Shown piece by piece: positions 1 to 12,872 of a DNA stretch of 64,000 nucleotides; the stretch's first letter is position 1; every line of letters begins with the position of its first letter. Source of the stretch: Lingula anatina (Eukaryota; Animalia; Brachiopoda); assembly GCA_051362555.1 (NCBI GenBank), contig CM120647.1, positions 434,001 through 498,000 of the forward strand. The letters run 5' to 3'. The notes beneath the pieces were generated by a model, which saw only the letters and a program-made list of their open reading frames with translations, was not told where the DNA came from and made no database searches. A program made the translations under genes and the position numbers.

Positions 1-437
1 GCCTCTGTTATAATATAACGCAGAGACATCAAGGTATTCCAATGTCTTCAGATTAATATAATATGTCAAGATATGAGACGTAATGTGATCTGGCATTACC
101 TCACAGCATCAAGGCCACAACTATATACGTCTACTATAATTATATTACAACACACTGACAAAGCAATGTAAAATAACTCCGCCCCTTTATATGCAAATTT
201 CACAGATCACAGGCCTGTCGGACACAACCCAGGGCGGTTTAGTGGACGTTTTGTTTATAAAGGAGTCGTCAAATAATTAAAAGAATGTTACTCCCATATA
301 AGCGATATTTCATGCTATAAGAAATTAATTTATCGTGATATCTGAGTTATGGACATAAAAGGTAGTCACGTTCTGGCAAAGAGCCGGGCAAAGAGCTGAC
401 ATTAATTAAACCACGTGAAACACATGCCGCTTCATAC

Positions 438-607
438 CTTACAAACGCTGAGTACAACAACCACAGGATTGAAATTGTTAATAATGTGATCGTGTGTGGC
501 TTGTAGAAAAACTCCAGTGATATATCGTCCACAGGGTGCTCGTTGATTGTGTAGAAATGATCGCTCGAATCCGAACAAGTCGACAATGTTCTTCGGCGGC
601 TGGCCAT
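438..607 (-). CDS. PTDSS1: Phosphatidylserine synthase 1, first coding exon (gene continues leftward out of window)
   Basis: Translation MASRRRTLS...FYTINEHPVDDISLEFFYKPHTITLL...YSAFV matches the recalled PTDSS1 N-terminus. Donor AG|GTATGA at 437. Confidence 0.9.
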
Positions 608-1008
608 CTTCGATCTTCTATTAAGGCGAGGTCAAGGTCGATTAAGAGGCTGGAAAGGAGAATGCTTATGCAATAAGTGGCACGTTTGCATTCTCTCCCT
701 TCCAAATGAAAAATTATCATGACAAACTATTTAAGTTAAATTCTGTGTGTTTTTATGTTATTTAAGATCAGAAAACTGCAATTAGAATGTTATTTCACGT
801 AAAAATATATTCATTTTCTAATTCACTTTGCATCCCCTATTTTATCGATTATTCGGAATAGAGGGCTTTGTGTACAGCTGCAGAGTTTTTATGAGTGTCT
901 TCAGCGCCATCTATCGTCATCGTGCATCAAATTTCCAGCACGCACATGGGCTGATGCATGGTGTGATCAGACATTTCTATGGAAAATTTATTACTCACCA
1001 GCAAAGAG
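608..1008. promoter_or_regulatory. Probable bidirectional promoter PTDSS1/MTERF3, with a possible non-coding MTERF3 first exon ending at 1008
   Basis: Divergent gene starts. Candidate donor AGAG|GTAATG at 1009. The MTERF3 ATG lies 2 nt into an exon that has an acceptor (TTTCTAG, 2317), so an upstream UTR exon is needed. Confidence 0.5.
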
Positions 1009-1540
1009 GTAATGTTTGGATACTTTGAGTGCAAAATTTTACACTATTGAGGTTCGTGTCCTGAAAAAGGACACACATATAAATGATTGGGATGACGACT
1101 TTGCCACTTGCAGTACACGATTATTTATTCATCTAAGGAGTTGTATACAATTTTGTACAAATTTATCCAAGCTAAAACTTTAGTAAAAATTTACCACCAA
1201 ATTAATTTGCTTACTGGCCGTAAGATAACTAAAATAAAGGATTAGCACTAGCAGTAGTCCAGTTATCATAGCAACACAAATAAATCTTTATTTAAAGACG
1301 AGTTTTTTACAAATGTACTTCAGGTTTTTTTCCCTTAAACTATAGCTCCTATGTTAAAGTCTTTTTTTCCCACAAAACCCAACTAAACTACAACATATAG
1401 TTTCAGGAAGTGTATTTAAGAGATTAACCGTAGGACATCATTTCATATTTTCAAAAAAAATTGTATTTCAACGGACATTTTTGTTTCCTTTGAAAGCATA
1501 ACTGTAAATACTCGGCACATAATTCATACAATACATTCAT

Positions 1541-1892
1541 GTATAGTCTGTGGAAGCAGAACCAGGTCTACCCAGCTACCAGACTCAGCACCCAATGATC
1601 CCGAATTCAACAGTATATTGGACCACACTATCCGTTTTTAAGGTGTGTGTCAGCGCATTTCACAGTATCATACCCTGGAACAAATTTTGAGATGAGATGC
1701 AATACTTTCTAACCCTGCTGAGAATCATCGCTGTCACATTGCGTACTAGGCAAGAGCTGTGTCGCGTCTGATACTTCAAAGCGCATACTGACACACACCT
1801 TGAAGACGGGTAGTGTGGTCTGATTTACTGGTGAGTTCAGGATCATTTGGTGCCGAGTCTGATAGCTGGGTAGGTCTGATATCTACTCTATA
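1541..1892. mobile_element. Palindromic MITE-like element with ~120-bp imperfect inverted arms
   Basis: CTACCCAGCTACCAGACTCAGCACCCAATGATCC...AAGGTGTGTGTCAG (about 1568-1652) is mirrored by CTGACACACACCTTGAAGACGG...GGATCATTTGGTGCCGAGTCTGATAGCTGGGTAG (about 1788-1873). Confidence 0.7.
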
Positions 1893-2318
1893 CTGTCACA
1901 TGGAAATGAAGGTTTAAAAGGTTAGCACTTAGGCTGCTGTGAAAAGACGTCCTCGCAGTACTACAGTAACAGTACTACAGTAGGTCATTTAGAAGACATT
2001 TATTAACTGGAGGGACAGAGAATTTACAATCAAAATTTTGATAAAATGTGCAGTTTTAAAAGCTGTCTTTTTTTTTTGCTGAACGATAGATTAATTTGCT
2101 TTATGATTTGTTGCGTTGAGTTTACTTTGGTCAAATACAAACTTAGTATAAGTAGTTTAAACTAAAATATCTATTAGAATTACAAATAAAATTTTAAAAA
2201 TAAATTATATGTCTTACTGGAGAACCACAGTTGCTTTGTATGTAACTTAAATTTGTCATTTCTTCTTGTAATTAAGTTCATTTACTATGACATTGAAATA
2301 TAATTCTTTCTTTCTAGA

Positions 2319-5300
2319 ATGTTGCGTATAAGCAGACACTTAGTCTCTGGGAGGGCCGTCATAAGAAGCCAGCTTGGAACAGGTGGAAAATGTAAGCAGT
2401 TGGGAAGAGGAGAATCATGTAACACAGTCTGATTGAATTTACTGCATGGACAATCAATATTTTTATAATGCAGACATGCTGAAAATTTCCGGCCACCGGC
2501 CCTTGACCCACCAATCAGGCAGTCGGGCCGACAATATTCTTAAAATTTTAGTGTATGTTGGCCCAATTTGGCCGGCAATAATTTCTGACTCACCTAGTAC
2601 GGTTATTTTAATAAAAAATTTTAATTAATTAATTAAAATTTTTCAGAAATCTTCCAACCAGTATGTTTATTAACTACCTATTGTACCGGTGGGAAATTAT
2701 ACAAGTACAAGTCACGCTTTTTATTTTCTTAAATTGAAGTATAATGAGAAGAAAATCAAGAGATTCTCAACTCATTACCTACTGTTCGACAAACAGAACT
2801 GAAAAGTAGGTCAAGCAGAAGTCGCTCTCTGAACACTACGATACATGCGTTGTCTGATTTCAGTTTCTATAAATAGACGTGCTTTCCCTTCAACAGTGAC
2901 AACTACTCCTGTATATTGAATGATTGATGTCATGTCGCAAGGTGATAGGATCATATTTATAGCTAACGAGGTCATTTCAAGTGCAGCAAAGAAGTTTTGT
3001 CTGTTTTCAAACGTCAATTATTTCATGCCGATTTATGATTTAAACGATGTTAAATCACACTTCTATGTAAGATAAACCCTTAGGAGTGTACAGGTACTCA
3101 GTATGCAAAACAAACCTTATTTCTGAGAATAAATTTACTTTGAATAACGTCTCCTAACAGCGTATAGCTATTGGAGGCAGCTTTGGTGTGTCTTCGGACC
3201 CTGATGATTATGAAATTGAACTCGTATCCGTGGATACTGTTCACACGAATGTATTATATATTTTCATCATGACATTAGGCGGTGACAAAAATGACATTTT
3301 GATACATTATTCAGAACATATGGCAATTTTTTTTTTTTTTTTTTTTTTGAAAATAAATTGGATATCCTGTTTTCAATATAAATAAATTATAATACTGAGT
3401 GAATTTTACCTGCAGAAAGTTTTTTTTACAATGATAAATAGTTTTTTTCTTTCTCTTCTTCTTCTTTATTTTATTTATTTTATTCCATCCAGTACTTTTA
3501 TTAAATTTTGAGATTTTTTCCACCCAGTACTTTTATTCCATCACTACTTCTATTAAATATTAAGATTTTTTCCACCCAGTATTGTTATTCCATCAGTACT
3601 TTTATTCGATGCAAGTTAAAGTCATGTGTAGGTTGGGATAATTTGACATTTTGTCTAAAACTGCTGTAAGAAACTCAAAACTTGGAAAAGTGCTCTTGGG
3701 TAGTTTAGACGGATGATTTAGCTCAGGTAAGGCCTGGTTTAAGGTTAGTCTAGGAAAATTGCAGTTTACCTATGGAAAATTTGTTTTCTGTGAGTTTTGA
3801 TGCCTTTTTGGTCCTTAGTTTACCTTTAAGTCATATATTACCCAGATGTCACCTGAGCAGTAAAATGTCTCTTCAATAAAAGATCTATTCAAAGATGCAG
3901 TTATTTGATTTTTAATCACCTAATTGCTACTCAACTGTCCTTTTAAAGTGGATGAAGCAGAAGTTAAAAGTGCACAGTTTTTACGCGAAATAGGGTAAAT
4001 ATACAAATTAATGTGAAAAACATTTGGGCCAGCAATATCTTGTCCGGGCCTGCAATATTCAGATCTAAGCAGGCCGATTAGCCTGCATTGCCCTCAGAGT
4101 TTTCAGCATGTCTGTAATGGCCTTCTTGGCCAAAATTTGACATTGCATTTACAAGGGAATGGCAGATATTGATTGCTTTAGTGTAAAGGAAATTTGAAAA
4201 TCAGAAATAATAAATATAAACTTTGAAATCAGAAATAATACCAATTTATATGCAGTAAAACTGCTGAAATTAACATGCTATTTGACAAATTGTTTAAATA
4301 CATATTCCAGATCATGTGACCACCTCACGATTCCTGTGTACAAGTGAAGACGCTGATAAAAATGTCATCAAGAAGTACACAATCCCTGGTGACTCCTCCG
4401 TATCCCATGATGCACTGGGCTCACGTACGGAAATGGTTTCCCAGGACAAGGTTGTTATCATGGATCTTGGGTCACACAGCACTCCAAACAACAGTGAGAA
4501 GACAGTGCCATCTAGTGAGGAATATGTGACAACGGAAATATATGAAAATATAACGTCACAGAGTGGTGTGACATCAGATACTGGTGTGACATCACAGAGT
4601 GGTGTGACATCAGATACTGGTGTGACATCACAGAGTGGTGTGACATCACAGAGTGGTGTGACATCAGATGCTAGTGTGACATCACAGAGTGGTGTGACAT
4701 CAGATACTAGTGTGACATCACAGAGTGGTGTGACATCATCCACTGCCACAGCAGATTTAGACATAAATGATACAAATGTGGCAAACTCAAATAGAGCAAC
4801 AGATATAAAGGATTCAAATTCCATGATGGATTCTGAGGATTCTTGTAGAGATACAGTGTTAGGAACAGAAGCATCGACTGTAATGCCAACAGAAACTGAT
4901 GATTCATGGGTAACAGCACCAGTGCATGATGGGAAGGATGAGGACCAGTTACAATCCAACTCAGAGCTGGATTCTGAGCAGTATGAAAGTTCTGGCACAG
5001 AAATGCCCATGCCTGTGGTACAGGACACTAAAGGGACACATTATCAGACAACAACCAAATACAAGCCTAAGTCGGAGTGGTTGCTGAGTCAGCTGAAGAA
5101 GTCAGGATGTGAGGTACCCCAGGACAAAGCTGTGTTTCGGGCGCTGGCGTTCTCCGAGTATCAACAGATCCTGACCAGGTACATGGAGAAACGGCCAGTG
5201 AGGGGAGACCATAGTGGAGAAACAAAAAGAAAGATGGGAGAGAGAAAGCGCGACATTCAAAATCTTTACACAGGCAAGTTTGTCTCTTTTGTTCCATTTG

Positions 5301-8300
5301 TGAATGAGTCGGTGCTGCTTCAGAAGCTGCTGGCGCTGGGCGTCGACTTGTCCCGGCTGGAGAAGAAAGGAATCGCGCACAGAATTCTCAAGATGGACTT
5401 TGATCGAGATGTGGCTCCGTATGTGAAGTTTCTGAACAAACATGGCGTGGAGAAGGTTGGACGATATCTGTCCATCAATCCATGGCTGCTAACTGAAGAT
5501 ATTGATGACCTAGAGGTAGGGGACTGACCCACAGTTTAAATATTATTATAAGAATAACAGATGTTTATTTTGGCCAAAAAATTAATTTTCTGGGGGTAAA
5601 AGACAATTTTCCCATACTTAACAAAGGATTTCTACATTCAAAGTTAGTTCATATTTTTTTTTTATTTTCTAATTTTTTTTTTTCTTTTTGTAATAATCTC
5701 AAGAAATTATCTGAAGTGAATGAGTTATTTCTATGAGTTGTTTACAATGCATTCATTATGAAATATAAATCTCATACGAAGAGTCGTTATCCTTTTAATA
5801 TTTTGTCATTAGTTCTTCAAAAAGAAGGTCAGATGCTGTCTTTTAGTACAGATGGCTACACTGACCAAGCAAGATGCTGAACTGAAATAATTTTATCACA
5901 GATGATTGGAATTTAGAAGCATACACAACTGATACACCCTTGATTCATTTTTATTGTTACACCATAGCTTAAATGTAGCATAGATTTTCTGAAAAGAATT
6001 TAGAAAGATGCTAGAAAAGATAAGTAAACATGAGAAAAGATACTGACATAAATGCAATCTAAGATGCAGGCATAAGCTGTGTAGTTAAACAGGCCAGGGA
6101 AATATTTATCATGCATTTATTCTGTGCTGTTAAATTATCAAGTGGATTTTTCTTTCAGGTCAGAATCAACTATTTTCTCTCCAAAAGGTTCACTACCGAA
6201 GATGTACAGGTCATTCTGAGTAACGACCCCAAGTTACTGTGTCGCACTGTCCAAGATATTGACACACGCCTGGGTAAACTACAGAAGACGTTCAACCTCT
6301 CAGGTAAGTTGTATACAGGGGGAGGGGAGGGATGTTGTAGGGGGGGTACTGTCCAAGACATTGATACCAGACTGGGTAAACTACAGATGCAGACTTTACG
6401 AAAGGCCAAAAAATCTGTCAGACAAGCTTGAAAATTCTGTCAGACCGAAACAAAATCTGTCAGACCGAAGTAAAATAATAGAAATATAAACCATTATTCA
6501 TGTTTTCATGTGTATTTTCTAATGTTTTAAATAATTGACATTAAATCAAATATTAATTATTTGATATATATTTATTTGTAAAAAAGTAAAATAAGAAAGA
6601 AAAAAAAAAAAAAAAGGCAAAAAATTACTTGCATAACAAGTTGTTTTTTATTTAATGAAAAAGACACTGTGGAATGACACAAGGACTAAAAACATTACAA
6701 GTATAAAGAATGTGTAGCTAGTAATATCAAATGTATGTCCATAAAAACGTCTGTTAATCAGATAACCATTTCACACGTTGTTTTTGGCAATAACATATGC
6801 ATTTTGAAACAGCACAGTAAGACAGTCCCTTTCATCCAATTGAAGCTTTGACAGGGACTGTCCAGTCCGAGTCTAAGTTCCTTCTTCATTTTATTTCTTT
6901 TTTTATAAAAAGAAACTCAAACTGTGAGCTTTCATCAAGTTCATGTGCACCTTCTCCAACTCGTGATGAACGGTACATGCAAATACGTACATATGTTCCA
7001 TAATTTAAGAACCCGTAATAAAGCTGTAACATTTATGTTGCTATCGATCAAAATGATAACTTTAGTACTCCTGACACTCGGCACACACTATTTTCCTCTC
7101 CTAAAGATTATAAGTCCGCCAGGGCCTACCTTCTTTACTATTTTATTAAACTTCCGTTTCCCTTCCTCACTTCGTTTTTATTTTTGCCACGCTTTGCACC
7201 AACGAAGTGTTTAAAGTTCAACAACGTCATTTTCTAAGCAAAAGGCTTATCCATGAGTACTGTATACGACTGATAATTAAGAAACAGGATCAAGTCTCTA
7301 AAAACGCAAATAGCACGAGCACAAGTGTTGCGGCCATTTTGTTGTGTAGTATTACGAAAACGAGACTGTACATTACATCATTCAGGAATTCCCCAACCTC
7401 AGCCAGTCACAAAATAGTATTTGTGAGTGAAACTGAGGTTAATACATTATGTATAATTAGCTGGGAACTCCCCGAGATTTTCACTCCGTCTCTCTTTTCG
7501 AATGAAGAAAAATGTATCGTCCAGAAAAGAAACAACAACGTATTCCTTATATTTACACATTCCCAGTCAGTTTGAAAACCCGCCGGACATAAGGTCCGAC
7601 AATACAGGATTTTTTATCGGACCGAGACGAAATTTGCCAGGCATGTCCGACGGTCCGACGCCTTTCGTAAAGTCTGCAGATGCTCCACCTCTCATGCAAG
7701 TCTTGAAAAGGGGGGGGGGGGGGGGGGGGGGTGATCCAAAATGGGCAAGCACTGTGAATTTTCACTGCATATGCATTTTTAATGCTGTTAGCACATTTAA
7801 ACTTGTTTAATTAATGTACAAATACCATTAACCTCCAATGACTTGAAGGTTTAGTAATTCTCTTAATCAACATGTCCTGTAAATGTATATAGAGTATAAC
7901 ATATTGTTCAGATTTTTCCCAAAACTCACTTTGCTGCAGAATACAGCGCAGCCAAAATGAGTGTTTTAAAGGGTCTTGGGTACTTCACCAGAATTTCTAA
8001 ATTTAAGGCATTTTCTTGGCATTTACTAAAAAAAAAACCCTCTTATCTTTTCACTAGGGAATTAAAAATTGTGAATTTAACAGATACTGGATTTTTAAGG
8101 TCATAAATTCTTAAAATTAGAACATTCCTATTGATTGGTAGCAACAGAATTGAAAAGGGGTCTAACTTCTAGTTCTATTCCTTATAGTAAAAGCATCACA
8201 AATGCTTAAAAAGTGATTTTCATTGATTCCAAAATTATGTATCTGAAAGATTGATAATTTTCCCCATTAAAAAGAATGAGTCATAACCATAGACATTATG

Positions 8301-9893
8301 TGTGATCTCTCACCTCATGGTTTATTTTGTAGGTGTTGAAGTGAGACAGATTGTGATAAAATATGCCAAAATTGTTTCTTTTCCTCTGGAAGTGATTGAG
8401 GTAAGCGTACCATTTTTTTAGATGTCTTTGTTGACATCCAACCACATGAATTTCTTTGTTTTATGTAATTATATTAAAAATATCAATGTTTGATGTTGTT
8501 TTACAGTCTGCAATGATCATAGTCACTGGTTCTATATATGCACTGGGATTTTTGTTTGGACCTGCAGATTTTTCAGACTGAATTCAGTGGTAAAATGTGT
8601 CCATTAGATTTATTTTTCTCTCTGTGTTCATAAGAGCTATTTTTCTGAAATGTCACCATTACATGATGATTCTAAAAAATGTTTGATAAAATCAAGGTCT
8701 TGTTTTTACTGATACTAAATTAATGCAATAAGGGAAATTGCCATGTCTCATTGAAAATTTTGTTTGTTTGGACCAGTAAATTCTGATTTATATTAGTAGA
8801 CTTTAGGAAACCAGTGGTCTGAATGCCTGGTAAAATTAAATGTTTATGGCACAGACTGGTTTTAGCTGTTGGTATGCAGTGGCGGATTTAGAAAGGGGGG
8901 GGGGATCCTGACCCCCCCCCCCCCCCTTTGATTTCTGAAGAAAAATCACATCAATAATGGTTTCCTCTTGAAATTATACTTTTGACTAGCTGAATCAGTT
9001 ATAAAATGTACCAAATGGCACCACTAGCCCTCTAAAATACCAATTTTTTGGGGGCCCTTAAGCAGGACCCAAACCCCATGCAGACCCCCCCCCCCCTCCC
9101 CCCTTCAAATAATCCTGGATCCACCCCTGGGTATGAACGATATGATAACTTACAATTCATTATAATTAATAAAATTGACATTTTCCAGTTTCATAACTCT
9201 TTGATTTCTTGTTTTTCAGTTGAATCACCTCCATCTCTGTAAAATGCTTCATTTTGAACAGTACGAAGTAGAAAAGATGGTCATAAAAAAGCCAGATATT
9301 TTAACTATTAGTAAGTTTCCTTGGACGATTGGTCAATTTGTTTTACTTTCTCTGTGAGTGTTTACAGTGAAGTGGATTTTATCTATTTTTTTCTAACTTC
9401 TTCACAACCCACTAATTTTGGTTTGGATTTTTTGTTATTATTATATAATAGTTATTCCATCCATTACTTCTATACATATACCCAGAAAATCCAAAACCTC
9501 ATCTTTACAAAAAGATAAACTACTGTATAATTTCTTCTTTATTAACACAAGTGCATTTTCTAATATCTCCAAATTTCATAAGTAAATAATACTGCATCTT
9601 CACTTCTTTTCCCAGGGCCTGATTCTCTAGTCCACAGATTTGAGTATATTCACAATGAAATGAACATCCCCCATGAGATGATAGTCAACTTTCCTCTTAT
9701 TCTCACCACCAGCATCCATCGTCTACGAGAACGCCATAGTTACCTGCGCCATGTTGGGCGCGTGCAGTACGATCCAACCAAAGAAAACTATGTATCGCTG
9801 GAGGTGCTCGCACTCAGCAACGATACACATTTCATAGAGAAAGTTGCCAAGACAACCATGGAAGAGTTCCATGCTTATCTGAAAACAATCTAA
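2319..9893 (+). CDS. MTERF3: Mitochondrial transcription termination factor 3; join(2319..2391,4311..5515,6159..6303,8333..8400,9220..9310,9616..9893), ~619 aa
   Basis: Six exons with GT-AG sites and matching phases. Arg-rich presequence-like start MLRISRHLVSGRAVIRSQ. mTERF motifs FVNESVLLQKLLALGVDLS, ILKMDFDRDVAPYVKFL, and C-terminal RLRERHSYLRHVGRVQYDPTKENYVSL...FHAYLKTI typical of MTERF3. Confidence 0.92.
2471..4114. mobile_element. Non-autonomous TIR DNA element with 15-bp TIR and 5-bp TSD (TAATG)
   Basis: CAGACATGCTGAAAA at 2471 and TTTTCAGCATGTCTG ending at 4114. TAATG at 2466-2470 and 4115-4119. Confidence 0.8.
2590..3611 (-). mobile_element. Terminally truncated inverted copy of the element at 51795-52836, nested in the 2471-4114 element
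   Basis: Long near-identity on the opposite strand, e.g. GATAGGATCATATTTATAGCTAA...AAATCACA. Termini are missing. Confidence 0.8.
4552..4740 (+). repeat. Coding 18-bp tandem repeat (VTSQSG / VTSDTG), ~10 units
   Basis: GTGACATCACAGAGTGGT and GTGACATCAGATACTGGT alternate in frame within MTERF3 exon 2. Confidence 0.95.
6390..7676. mobile_element. Non-autonomous TIR DNA element with 17-bp TIR and 6-bp TSD (CAGATG)
   Basis: CAGACTTTACGAAAGGC at 6390 and GCCTTTCGTAAAGTCTG at 7660-7676. CAGATG at 6384-6389 and 7677-7682. Subterminal TGTCAGAC/GTCCGAC repeats. Confidence 0.85.
8877..9129. mobile_element. MITE (CAGTGGCGGAT...ATCCACCCCTG) with 6-bp TSD GGTATG
   Basis: Imperfect TIRs. GGTATG at 8871-8876 and 9130-9135. 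A related copy lies at 30785-31050. Confidence 0.8.
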
Positions 9894-10058
9894 GCAGATT
9901 TTTGAGAGACGGGAGAATACAAAACTGAGTAAAGAATTACACCTGTTGGAAAATTTCACGTAGAGACATACTTGTAGGCTTTAGATGGAAATAAATTGAT
10001 ATTTACATCTTCAATTTTATTTAACATTTATTAGTAACAAGGCAGCAAAGCTGTCAAG

Positions 10059-10637
10059 TGTACAGACAACATGAAAGAAAATAATCCAGTCAAGCTGGTT
10101 TGCAAATTTGCCAAACAGATAAAATGCGCTAGAAAAAGGCAACGAAAAAAAACAACACCTTTTTTTTTGATAAATAGTTCAATCAGCTGATTTTCAAATC
10201 TGACCTATGCCTTATGAATGTTCATCACCCTATTCTCTAAGTTTGAAGACAAAAGATAAAATGGTTTTTGTTTTATTTGTTTAATGGTGGATAAAATGTG
10301 CTTTAAAAAAAAAAAAAGCAAAAAACAGTAACTTTTGACCTGTATTTTATGAATATCATATAATAATATTAGTTCTGTAAGTTTGAGGACAAAAGGTGAA
10401 ACTGTTTTCATTTTATTTGTACTATAGTGTATGAAATATGCTTTAAAAAAAGCAAAAAAACAGTACGACTTTTGAAAAATTTAACAAATAGTCATCAGTT
10501 CTGTAAGTTTGAAGACAAAAAGTAAAATGTTTCCATCTTATTTGTATAACACTGATAGTGCACGGCGCCAATGAGGATGCTGATGAAGACAGACACAGGT
10601 GACAGCTATATGTACAGATACATCTGTGTCTGTACAT
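10059..10637 (-). mobile_element. Short relative of repeat family B (TGTACAGACA ends, terminal hairpin)
   Basis: The reverse complement of 10610-10637 matches the hairpin ATGTACAGACACAGATGTGTCTGTACAT at 35683. TGTACAGACA at 10059. Internal ~130-140-bp repeats. Confidence 0.6.
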
Positions 10638-12817
10638 GAAAATAAATCTGGAAAAATTAAATTAGACATCCTTGTTACCATGACCAGTGATTAAAGCATG
10701 CACGCAGGTTTTGATAATTATACAATGCATGGTGACTGGTAGCCCCAAGAAGCTGGATCAGGGGCGGATTTAGGCCGTCTTCTGGAAGACGGTCAGATTT
10801 CCACATTTATATTGTCAGCCATCTAATGTTTTCTGTCGGAAGACATGGCCCTAAAATTTTCCCCCAGACGGCTCAGTAGTATGTGTGGAGGTAGGTCAAA
10901 CATATTATAAAATGCTAAGACAAAATCCTTTCAATTCGTATATAAAATTTTGCATTAAAGTGTAAGGTTCAATATTTGGTTCGCAGATGAGAAGAGAACA
11001 ACAAGAGTTGTAGATTTCCAACAGCTTTATTCCCACAGCCTCACTGCTTGGATAAAAACGTGCATGTGACTATAACCAGTGATCTTCATAACGTCATTTC
11101 ATTTAGGGTGAATAACAGGACAGGATACTTTTTATCAATGGCGTCTTTTGAAATACATCAAACACAAATGCGTCATATGAATTTTTATTGCAGTTATTGT
11201 AAATGCACCCATAACATCCTCCTCCCTTATGAACCTCATTGAACTCATGCACTAGATGAAGCATATCCTCAAGTTATTGGTCTTGTGAGCAATACTGTTT
11301 TAGTATTTTTATTCCGTTATCTAGCTGACAGGTGTAAGATATGCAGAAAATGAAAAGAAAATGTTTTATAGCGTATACCTTAATCTGGTCATGAGAATTT
11401 GAAACTGAATAATTAAAGAAATTGTTAATTATTTAGACCAATAACTACAAGTTTCTGATGTATAGGTTTGTAGAATGTACATTGTAAAGCTTTGCCAACA
11501 ACTTTCATTTTCTAGCCCACTTGTGGAAAAATGCTTATCAATTTGCCCGTATGTGAACAAAAGTTATGTTTGGAAAGTTCGAAATCATTTGTTTCGAGAA
11601 TTTTTATATTAACAATAAATTTCTGTAGCTAGTTTTGCATATTCACTGATCTGCCCTCGAGCATGGAGAGTCCAGATATGTTCCCATTGTACTGGTGACT
11701 TTTGTAATAATGTTTTCATGTAACAGAATTTTTGGCATTTTCTATTCCCCATTTGTTATTCATTTGATTGTCTAAAAATGTTGGCTAGACATTGAAAATT
11801 GATTTTGAAATGATATTTGACAATTTTGGCAAAATATACATTGTGAAGGAAGAACATGCACCTTTTCCTTCCAAACAATTACAATCTCACTCCACCATTG
11901 TATTGAATTTACTGAATTTTTCCCATAATACCAAGCAGTAAAGGAAAAGGAAAGACTGCTGGATCCGAAGCATTTCAATAAGGCCAAATTCTAAAATTCT
12001 GCAAAATTTGTGGTTCTTGACAGCTGATTATGCAAGTCCATACTTTTTTTTTTTGTCTTGTGGTGGTGTTGGGAGGGATAAAAATCCAGCACCATTTTAT
12101 TAAATAAGAAATTGTAATATGTCTTTGTTGAAATATGTTGCTTGAAATATGATCAAACATAATTCAAATATTAGTAAGTTGTAAGTTTTATTCACCAAAT
12201 CAATTAAATAAAAGGTTCAAATTGTTACATCTTTGCATGAGCCCTGATGCAGGTACATGTATTAATAACTTTTGCCTATATTCTTAAATTGGAACATACA
12301 AATATTTTAAATGAATATACATACATGAATGGAAATTTGTTTTGGTGTAGATATATGATTTCCAAAGATTCAAAAAGTCGAAAAGCAAAAAAAGCAAAAA
12401 AATAAAAAAAAAAAAGCATAACATCTGTCTGTACATAAAAACTGGTGCACAATGTTTTACACCTGTCACTGCAGAATTACTGAGGTAACAAATTTAACAG
12501 ATGAATATTCAACACTGGAGGATCAGACAGGCAATACTGCTTACAGGTATTGTACCACCAGCTGGAGTAATAAAGTGCATTGGTATGGAAAACCAAAACA
12601 AAAAAAAAAGGGGGGGGGAGGGACACCACCTCTAGTGCTGACAAGCTCTACAAAATGCAAAAGTTCTCTTTTTTTGTTGAAAATCACAATTTATAACAAA
12701 ATCATGGGGAAAAATAAAATGTCAGTCCAAATTTATGAAATGTGATTTCTAATTTGATCTCTTTCCTATTATTACTGACCAATCATGCACTTCACATAAC
12801 TAGATCATGAAAGAGCA

Positions 12818-12819
<2 letters not shown>

Positions 12820-12864
<45 letters not shown>
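12820..12864. repeat. (AT)n microsatellite
   Basis: Direct reading. Confidence 0.95.

Positions 12865-12872
<8 letters not shown>

Noticed and set aside
179-198. GC box plus octamer ATGCAAAT suggesting an snRNA promoter
   Set aside because: No recognisable snRNA sequence nearby, and short motifs are expected by chance.
4312-5028. 238-aa minus-strand ORF with DVTPLC repeats
   Set aside because: Antisense shadow of the MTERF3 repeat-rich exon, with no independent splice or homology support.
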